A stretch of DNA of 64,000 bases from Takakia lepidozioides. Lineage: Eukaryota > Plantae > Bryophyta. A model generated the notes under the pieces. It saw only the letters and a program-made list of their open reading frames with translations. It made no database searches and was not told the DNA's origin. The position numbers and the translations under genes are program-made. This document shows positions 50,619-60,600 of the stretch, piece after piece. Every line of letters begins with the position of its first letter. Position 1 is the stretch's first letter. Where the stretch lies: NCBI GenBank assembly GCA_030704615.1, contig CM060733.1, positions 22,506,001 to 22,570,000 of the forward strand, in the 5' to 3' direction.

Positions 50619-53600
50619 TGGGAGTGGATACAACCATGGAAGGCTAACAAGAAACGCAAGGCCCAGCTACTAGGAGACCTTGAACACATGAGGTCCTGGC
50701 TCAAGTTCACAGATTGCAAGACGGCGACTAACGATGGGGCTACTCTTGTACCCGGCCTCTTGGTCTATAGGGTTTGAGTGCAATAGGGACAGTGCTAGAG
50801 GACTTAGTACGGCTGTGGCTATTACATCTTGTAGCTATCTGGAGGTAGAGGGACCTATCCACCAGCTAGGGGGGCGATTGTGGCAGACTACTTTATTGTG
50901 CATATATGTGTGGTGTGGTTTGGACAGCGATGTAGTTGTGTAGCGATATGTATGCGCACGACAGCTGTCAAGTTAAATAAGCACAGTGTGAAAACAACTA
51001 GAATAAAGCTAGTTATTTGTATTTAACCTTGGATTTAGGTCAAGTCTTAAATCAGGTGTCAAGTTTAGTTTGACACCTGAACCGTCTTATCTTCACGAGA
51101 GCGGCAGCCGCGCAGCTCATCTCTCTCGAGTTGAGCCTGCGCGACCGAGCTCCTTCATGCGTTTAGATCTGAGTGTGCTTATGATGGGAGTGTAGGTTGT
51201 TGTGGGGTGGAGTCCCCATAGCTTGGGGTGCCCCTGGCTCGACTTCTATTTTAAAGAGTGATAGCGATGGATTTCATATTTCTTGTGTTGAGAGTGTGTG
51301 TCCTTTAGCTTTCTTATCAATTGTGGTAGACTACTTTATTGTGCATATATGTGTAGTGTGGTTTGGATAGCGATGTAGTTGTGTAGCGATATGTGACACC
51401 CTACTAGAGTAGAAGCCCCAAACGAAGTGTGGGGAAGTACTTGAAACCACCATGTCATGCGGTTCATCCACATGTCGAATGTGGGGTCAGAGAGTTTGTC
51501 CGGTTTGGGGAAGCTCAACATGTCCCGGTTTGGAGCCACCACAATTTGGTTGGTGAACTCGTGGCTCCGGCGAGCATCTGCTATCTCCCGAAAGAATAGG
51601 TTGGTTTTGTAGAGCAGAAAGTACCTCGTCACATAGTCACGTAGGCTCTCTGCTGCAGGAAATATCTCCATCTTGAACTGATGTGCTTGTGTGTCCAGCT
51701 GCTCTTGCGCATTCGTCGCCACCTGTGGAGATTCTCCATCAGATCGCTTTCCTGAAAAAATACAATGAATCCACCCCCTACTAGAGTAGAAGCCCCAAAC
51801 GAAGCGTGGGGAAGTACCTAAAACCACCATGTCATGCGGTTCATCCACATGTCGAATGTGGGGTCAAAGAGTTTGTCCGGTTTGGGGAAGCTCCACATGT
51901 CCCTGGTACTTTGGGAACCATTCCAGATTTGGAGCCACCGGGTCTGTCCAACCACCCAGCATATTCGTAAGCGCCAAACACCACAAAAAGGAGTTGTTGC
52001 CACCACAATTTGGTTAAGAATGTATCACCTTTTCTGTTGCATCCACACAGGATGTGGCTAGACGATGGAGCTTCTCCAATGTCATCGTGGGCTTCAGAGC
52101 ACGAGAGTAGTGCTTCCCCACCTCCACCAGAAAGTCGGCACCAAGGGCGGGATCAGCTATGGCCACGTACTTTACCATCCGCGACTTGTACTTTATGCGG
52201 GCCCTCACCTCCGCAGCTTTGACATACGATTCGAGTGCCGGGAGGGTTGGATTCTTCTCCTCTGACTCCATGTAGAACCTCCGCGCATGTGCCAAATCAT
52301 GCTGTATTTTCGTCTGTCAAGAATGCGAACATAAGATTAGAGATCCTACTCAACACAATTTCTTCTATTGGGGGAGGAGATTAGAAATCACGGTGAAGAC
52401 CTTTTCTTCTATTGGGGGAGGAGAGACAGATTAGCTCAACAAAACTGTCAGGAGCTTTACCCGAAATATGTAGTCCACCATGGCGTCGACGCTCAGCCTA
52501 TACCAGGTTCTGTGTGTCTTTGCCTCCGACTTGCGCAGGAGGTCGGCACTGAGGGAATTGGCAAACTCTTGCACCCCCTGCTTCCCGACATCCTTCACTC
52601 GGAAGAGCATATGGGACAAGTTGGTGGCAATGAAGGCATTCTCAGTCACCCTGCAGTGCCACATTTCCATCAAACAATACTGAAATGGGAATTTTCATCA
52701 TATATGAGGATTCGCAATGAAATGACTTCCAAATTCAAAGTCCAAAAGCGAGAGGCGTTGTAACTTACGAGTTGATGTCCGCCATTGCAGCTTTGAGAAG
52801 ACTGCGATCTTTGGGCCCCGCAACCTTCAGCACAACACACTCCATGGCGAAATGCCAATCGAGGTCGTTGGGGTGGGCTTGGGCAATGTGCTCCATCCAT
52901 GCCAGGAGGCAATGATTGCCGTCCCACACGTAGAACATCTTACCGGACAAGTGCTGGAAAAGAGGATCACTAGCAATCGATCTCTCGAACTCCTCATTTC
53001 ACGTTTGCCAATGGGGACCCCATTTGTCCACCTCATCGGAAGTGTGGGCACGGGAAGCTCCGTGGTCGTTCTCAATGGAAACGTAAAACGCGGCAGACCC
53101 CATTCGATATCCATCCCGGAAAGAGAATTTCAGCTTGTCGATATCGCCTGGGAGGGCAGGTCTCACCACCTGCAATGACACCAAAGGGCAAAGGGGAATT
53201 CGAAGCTTGGCCGGGTACACCATGCCCCCCAGCACCCTGCCAATGTTGCTGTGGGTTGCCTCCGACATCTTGGCAGCGGCCAACTTCATATCCGCCTCAG
53301 ACATGACGTCTGCTGCAGAGGGGTTTTCCGGCAGCCCACCAGGACCGCCAAATCCAGCCTGTATGCTCCGGGTTTGGGGCCTGGGGATGTCCGGGAGGAT
53401 GTCATCCTGGTCAGAAAGCTCCCTGTCGTCCTCCTCAACAGGGTCAGCCACCTGCAAAACCACCTCCAGCACTCTCCCCGTCTCTACTGCCCTCTCCCTG
53501 GCTTCACCTCGAACTTGCACAATCCGTGCTCTTTCTGGTGTTCTTTCCTCTCCTCCACTCTCCACCGTATGGGTAATTGCAGGGGCTGCTCTTGCCCGCG

Positions 53601-54949
53601 ATGGTCTAACCGGTGTGTTACTGCCTCTTTGTGGTGTCTTGGAGGGATCCACCGTCTCTGTGCGTCCCTCGCTTACATTGGCATCTGTCATTTGGGCACC
53701 CCTGGCCTCTTCAGTGGCCTTTTCTCTTTCCTCCTAGCTAGCATTCTGTCTCGTCTGTTCTTTTGCCCTCTCTTTTGCCCTCTCACGGGCTTTCTGTTTC
53801 TTACTAGGGCTAGCAGCAGGGGAGCCCTCCAGGACGACCACCTTTGATTGAGGCGAACTGACACCCTCGCGTGCACTGCTCACTCCCCCTTCCGCAGCCC
53901 GTGACGGCTCTCTCGCCGGGGATTGCATGTGCTTAGCTTTCTTCTTTTTCTTTGCGTGGGCGGGCCCTACTGCATGTGCATCAACAAACTCCATTGCCGG
54001 ATCTGCTGTCCTCATGTCCTCACGCCCTTCACCTGCCATGCCGCCTGCACCAACCTCCCCAATGCCTATTCTGTCGTACTCTCGTTGCAAGTCCTCCCGT
54101 CCACCAACAAAAGATTTAAGTTTGCCCTCTCGCCCCAAGTTGGGCGATTCAAACATGCGATGAGTTGGAGCTGTCGATGATACCACCAGCGTGCCGGGCT
54201 CGTCGTCACTCTGTCATTCCCAAAAATCGTGAGAACCAACATCGGTGCCAAAACCAGCATCGTAACGAGCAGCGCAACCACCATAGCAACAATCGTGTAA
54301 CAAAAATGAAAACATAACAAGTTTAGGAAGTATGGAGAGCCATGCAACAACAATGAAAACAAATGCAACCATTGCCTGAGAATGACATGCACAAGCAGCC
54401 TTCTCCAGAGCTGCCGGATTTGCACACGCATTGCAAACAATCTAAGGTTCACTCATCCAGCGAAGCCAGGATGAAGATGCAAAAACAAAGCGAGGCAACA
54501 AAGCGAAAGCGAAAGCGAAAGCAAAAGCGAAATCGAACAAAGTGAAAGCAAATGTGGCTTGCCTGAGAGTACTCGGCTTCAGTTGGCGCGGGTTGTGAGC
54601 AAGACACTGGAATCTCCTGCTGGAGCTTCAGTTTGGCCATGCGAGAGATTGGCTGTCGTCCGTAGTACAGAGCTTTCAACTTCCGCCGCGGTCTGGATGT
54701 GAGGTCTCTCTCAGGAGAGCCACGCCCTTCATGCGGCATAAGTCCCAGCCAAAATGGAAAAAGATCTCTGTTTTTGGGGTACATGCCTCGAATAACATAT
54801 TAAGCCAAGATTAGCATCAGATTTAGGGTACGTATCCAGGAAGCCATGTGTCGCCAGCCCGAATGAAAACGGATGGCGGTGGACATTTATTGCCCAACTG
54901 CGCAATTAAATGTCGGATGAAGCCCTCCATGTCGGATGAAAATCGACGG

Positions 54950-57030
54950 AACTCGGCCCGGAATTTCCAACGTAGAGGTTATTCGGAGCGCTGCAGGATG
55001 GAAATCCGGCGCCGGATTTCCATCCTGCAGGTAATTCGGAGTGCAGCAGGATGGAAATTCAGCGCCGAATTTCCATCCTGCAAGGTAGGGCGGCGCGCGA
55101 AATTTCCCTCACGCAGGTAATTCCGAAGCAGATGGATGGAAATCCGGCACCGGATTTCCATCCGCGCAGGTAGGGCGGCGCGCCAAATTTCCCTCACGAA
55201 GGTAATTCGGAGGCGGATGGATGGAAATCCGGCGCCGGATTTCCATCCGCGCAGGTAGGGCGGCGCGCCAAATTTCCCTCACGCAGGTAATTCGGAAGCG
55301 GATGGATGGAAATCCGGCGCCGGATTTCCATCCGCGCAGGTAGGGCGGCGCACGAAATTTCCCTCAAGCAGGTAATTCGGAGGCGTATGGATGGAAATCC
55401 GGCGCCGGATTTCCATCCGCAAGGTTGGTCGGAGAGCGGATGGATGGAGATCCGGCGCCAAATTTCCATCCTGCAGGTAATTCGAATCCCGGATGGATGG
55501 AAATCCGGCGCCGAATTTCCATCCTGCAGGTAATTCGAATCCCGGATGGATGGAGATCCGGCGCCGAATTTCCATCCTGCAGGTAAGTCGGATCGCTGGC
55601 GTATGGATATTCGGCGCCGAATTTCCATTCGCCAGGTATTTTGAAGCGCTGAATTACCTTCCTGCAGGTAATTCTGAGCGTGTCCGATTGATTTTTCGGA
55701 GAAAAACAAACCTAACTGTTTGTTTTGTGGCTGAGGTGCACTTGTAGACACGTTTTTCTTGGAATCCTTGACTGCTAGAGGCAAATCGGAACAGCCTCGG
55801 ACGGAAATTCGGCGCCGTTTTTCCATTCTGGGAGGTTTTTACGACTTCCTTTGAGGGGGCCCCGATGGAAATTCGGCGCCGAATTTCCATCCGGGGGAGG
55901 GTCTCTGTCGGAGAGGTGCCGGCCTCTCCGCCGCTCTGTTGGATATTCGGTGCCGAATTTCCGTCCGGGGGTTGAAATATGACAGCCAGGTGCCGGCCTC
56001 TCCCCCCTCCCTGACTGCATTGGAACGGCCCCGGATGGAAATTCGGCGCCCTTTTTCCATCTGGGGAGGTTTTTATGTCGGCCAGTTTTCGGCCTGACCC
56101 CCCGACACGACTTTCTTTGGGGGGTCCCGGATGGAAATTCGGCGCCGAATCTCCATATAGGGGATGCTCTCTTTCGAACACGTGCCGGCCTCTACGCCCA
56201 AGGCGACTTCATCCGGGCGTCCCCTGTTGGATATTCGGTGCCGAATTTCCGTCCGGGGGTTGAAATGTGACGGCCAGGTGCCGGCCTCTCCCCCCTCCCC
56301 GACTGCATCCGAACCGCCCCGGATGGAAATTCGGCGCCGTTTTTCCATCTGGGGATGTTTTTATGCCGGCCAGTTTTCGGCCTGACCCCCCGACACGACT
56401 TCCTTTTGGGGGGCCCGGATGGAAATTCGGCGCCGAATCTCCATCCAGGGGATGTTCTCTGTCGCACACACGCCGGCCACTGCGCCCGAGGCGACTTCAT
56501 CCGGGCTTCATGCACCCCAAAACTCCTGGAATGAGGCAATATTCCATTCAAACTAAGATCCAACAGAAGCAGTTGTGGGGCCATTTCTGGAAAAATGGCG
56601 CCGAATTTCTCTTTTTTGGGGCCGAAAACTGACTAAGTCCCAACATGCACTGGTACCTGTGTCTGGGAAAATGGCGCCAAATTTCTCTTTTTTGGGCCGA
56701 AAACTGGCTAAGTCCCAACATGCACTGGTACCGTGTCTGGAAAAATGGCGCCGAATTTCTCTTTTTTGGGCCGAAAACTGGCTAAGTCCTAACATGCACT
56801 GGTACAGTGTCTGGAAAAATGGCGCCGAATTTCCCTATTTTGCGCCGAAAACTGGCTAAGTCCGAACATGCACTGGAAAAATGGCGCCGAATTACCTGTC
56901 ATGAGGGGACCTATAGCTGCGGAATTCGGCACCATTTTTCGCCAGAGAGACCTATTACCGCGAAATACGTCGCCGTTTTTTCAGGTTACGGACCCTATTA
57001 CCGCGAAATTCGGCGCCATATTTGCACATG
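54950..57030. repeat. Large subterminal or promoter array of GGAAAT(C/T)CGGCGCCG(G/A)ATTTCC palindromes
   Basis: Dozens of copies in ~58-75 bp tandem units and ~300-bp higher-order repeats; perfect examples at 55000-55021 and 55867-55888. Confidence 0.92.
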
Positions 57031-57179
57031 TCGCTGGGAATTGGCATGAGCGGAAGACGAAATATCATGAGCAAAACTACAATTTTCCCTTCAAGGGGCC
57101 GAATAATATATTTGTTTTTCCTGACACATTGCATTAAATTATTGTTTTTTATTGTTTTTTATTTTCGAAATTTGTACTT

Positions 57180-57661
57180 CTGCTCATGAAAACCGATTGT
57201 CTTACTACTCCGCTCATGCCGCTCATGCCGCTCATGCTCATGAAATAGCTAATTTGGGGGAGAAGATGGGGGAGAAGATGCAGAAGATTCCCAGGAGGTG
57301 AGGTGGACAGTCCCCCAAGAGGACGGGATTTTTGAGAGGCATAGTGCAACAGATGCATCACAAAGCTCGGAGGATGAGGGGGATGAGGGGGATGAGGAAG
57401 AAGGTGGGGCAAGTTCCTTGGAGGGTGTAGGAGAGTAGTGCCCATTCCGGCTATGACAGTTAGAACACACTTGTATAGACGTGGCTTGCCACAAAATTTG
57501 CAATAAAATGTTGCATTTCAAGTCCACTGGTGCCACATTCCAATTTCACATGACCCTATTTCCGTGCCTCCTAACCCTATTTCCGTGGACTCACAATGGT
57601 CTGCTCATGCTTTTTTTTTTTTTCCGCTCATGCTCATGCCGCTCATGAAATAGCAGCCCCC
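57180..57661. mobile_element. Two adjacent MULE-family termini: a clipped end at 57250 and an inverted terminal fragment matching 2808-3200
   Basis: GCTCATGAAATAGC at 57237-57250; ~57265-57661 is the reverse complement of ~2808-3203 and ends GAAATAGCAGCCCCCC. Confidence 0.85.
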
Positions 57662-60600
57662 CGTCACAGGTGTGGGTATTACATGCACAGTAGGGTTTTC
57701 CCTGGACAACTGCTGCACCTCTGGAACCACTAATTCCCTTACCAAGCCAGAGTTTTCATAGAGAAGGTCACCCTTCTCAATTTCGGCCATGACCTGCTCT
57801 GTAGTGGGAATGTCCAACCTTTCTCCGTCCAGAGCAATTGGGGATGGTGTTATAGCATGTTCTAACTGTGGAACCTCTAAGACAACTGAGTCAACTGGCT
57901 ATGGTGGCTGTGGTACCGAATTGACTTCATCTTCCCTTTCTGAAGGCCGTAAATAAAACTTGGTATAAACGCTGAACTGCAAAATTGGTGAAGACACTGA
58001 GCTCCTTGTCTGTCCAGGTGAGTGGGGTACCAATGACTTGTGACTTGTTCAAGTATTTCCATGCCACATGTGCCCTTAGAGAAAATATCATCAATGCCGA
58101 ATTTCTGTGTTGACAAATTGTTCCAGGCTGCCTGAAACCATGAACGAATTTGAGAATCGTTTTGCATCATAACTTTTGGCTCATATAGGTACATATGAGG
58201 TGGCCCTGAAGGTAAGACCCAATGATCCCCACTGGAATAACTCAGAAAGCGCGCTTGCATCTTTTGCTGCTCAATGTGATAACGTACCAGAAAACAAGCA
58301 GCGTAGTATAATCCACATCCCATGACAATACTCGCTACCTCCTTGGTCTTGGTATAAATGAATCCATGTACAACTTGGAAGGCAATTAATTCCCTCAACA
58401 TTGTACCTGCCTCATGCCAGTATTGTGCAAAGCGATGATCTTCAATTGGTCGATTGTTCGGAAGAACTTTAGTCCTAGTTGCCACTGGCAGCCAAATGCG
58501 CATGATTTGGTAGTAATGTGCAAATGACTGCGGAGGACTAAATTCTTTCCAAGCCAAATCCAACATGATGGGAATTTGGTTGAAGGGCAGAATCATAGCC
58601 CTACTGTACTCCCTTGCAGCTGGAGTTTTAGGTGGGTTAAAAGCAGCATTGCCCCATACCTCAGACTGTGGTGGCTGTGGTGTAGTTGTAGTAACAACAG
58701 GGTCAGCTATTGGCACAGTGACTTGCTGTGATGTCGGTGGCACTGGCTCTTGTACCATTGGCATCTCCTGCACCTCCTGTGAAGAAGACTGAAAAGCTAA
58801 AGTTCTCGCTTTTAAATAAGAAGCCATTAGCTGTTCATCAGGTACACAGACTCTCTTGTCGATATTTGAAGTGAGGTCCTCCACTTGAGTCTGCAGGCCG
58901 TCTATATCCTCCTGTAACTCCGCTATCCTACTATAGACATTGTCTATAGTATTTGTGGCAATGTTCTGCACTTGCAGCTTGAGCTCATTCATCTCGCTTT
59001 GGGTGAGCTTTCGTGGCGCTTTGCCCTCCACTGGCCCTTGTGCTAACCAGACCTGCATAAGGTGGTTATCCACCAAGTTGCTTGTGGTTCCTCTGAGAGT
59101 GTGCTCCTCTCTTTGTTTGTACACATCTAACTGCTGTTGTAAAGCCTCCATGCGCTTTGCATAAGGTTCAACCAAATTCGCATAGGCAGCAGCCAGATTA
59201 TTGGCTTCCTTCCAAGCTTTGTTAGCCACAGAGAGTTCATTTCTATTGGCCATGACCGTTTGTTGCAACTCCAGGATGTGCCTCTCTTGGTCAGCTTCAA
59301 CCTGCCTGTATTGCTTGAAAGTATCCTCATTGTGACAGATTGTATTCTTCATGTCGACAATGAGTTTCATTTGCTCAACATTCTCTGCTTCTGCTTTCAT
59401 ACTTTTTTCCGCTTGACTGTTTATTTCTATTGTAGATTGGTCAAGCATAGTTGTGAGTATAGCACATTGGATGGCCATCCTGTCATGCACTGTCTGCAAC
59501 TCCGTATATAGTGCATTTACTTGTTGCAACTTGCTTTCATGCTTCACCTGCATTTGGTATAGCTGTTGCTTATGTGCTTCGTGCAACTGGTCTTGCGCGA
59601 GGCCTGCCTCAATCAATTGTTCCTTGGCCAATTGCAAAGCCGCTTCTGTATTTTCCAAGTCCTGCTGCATCTTGAGAGTGACCTCCTCATCGACCTTGTT
59701 TGCACACTTAGTGGCTAGTCGAGCCTCAAACTCCTTCCTGAGTTCCTCTCTCAAGGCTGTCAATTGGGTAGTTGGAACATGGGATTTGACATAAGTCCCC
59801 AACAAATTAAGTGTCCTGCCTATGGAGCTCATCAGCATTGCCTGTTGAGGGTCATCATGGTGAGGTTGCTGCTGTTCCTCCTGATCCTCAACCGTGTGAT
59901 GTCTCACGAACCATTCAGGCCATTGTCCCACCGGATTTTCTTCCTGAACCACATCATCCATCACCGGTGCTGCAGTGTCTTGACATTCTACCTGTGGTAC
60001 CTCCGACACAGGTGTATGTATTATATGCACCTCAGGATTTCCCTTGGGCAACTGTTGCACCTCTGGAATCTCTGTCTCCTTGACCAGACCAGAATATTCA
60101 TAGAGAAGGTCCCCCTTCTCAATTTCCGCCACTATTTGTTCTGTAGTTGGAATATCTAACCCTTCTTTTTCCAAATCAATTATTTCTGGTTGAGCTGCAT
60201 GGACAACTTGTAACCTTGTGACAAGCCGATCAGCTGGCTGTGATGGTTGTGATACTGAAGTAACTTCCTCCTCCCTTTCTGAAGGTCCTGCTTCCAGTAA
60301 TATCAGTTCTCTGTGCTGCTGTGCCCCTTCCTGCACATGAGCTTGGGAAACATTATCATGCGGATTCCGTGAAGCCAGTGGATCCGCGACTACAGCCTTT
60401 CCCCGTCTCTGCCTCTTAGTCTCGGGTTGCCCTGCTAGTCCACCCTCACTGTGTGAAGAGCCTTGCTCTTCCATTGCAGTGGTTTCTGGCTCAAACACTC
60501 ACATCTCCTTTCTTTCTTGCGCATCAAGTATGCCAGAATCAAGAATTATTTGAGCAATGATTGGGCCAGACACTATGATAGGAGACTTTGCGGTAGTACC

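Larger units (their letters stand above)
44354..51398 (+). mobile_element. Non-autonomous gypsy-type element with split direct repeats, gag and integrase-PHD; PR/RT/RH absent
   Basis: Ends TGTCA/TGACA; 4-bp TSD CCCT, confirmed by the empty paralogous site at ~51770-51790. A1 44354-44706, B1 50879-50963, A2 50966-51319, B2 51322-51398; PPT at 50868-50876. Confidence 0.9.
44082..54186 (-). pseudogene. 5' part of a spliced gene with a ParB/sulfiredoxin-like domain, interrupted by the LTR element 44354-51398
   Basis: VVRPAL..DIDKLKFSF...FYVS and FYVWDGNHCLLAW (DGNHC at 52909-52923; TGC is one C>T from the Arg codon CGC). Further exons at ~52.5, 52.1, 51.9, 51.6 and 44.1-44.3 kb; donor at 44081; stop at 52999. 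Confidence 0.65.

Noticed and set aside
44354-51398. DIRS/Ngaro tyrosine-recombinase element
   Set aside because: No recombinase is seen; it has a DDE integrase, TG/CA ends, a PPT and a TSD.
54950-57030. CRISPR-like array of palindromic repeats
   Set aside because: The spacers are themselves repeated, no cas genes are present, and the context is eukaryotic.
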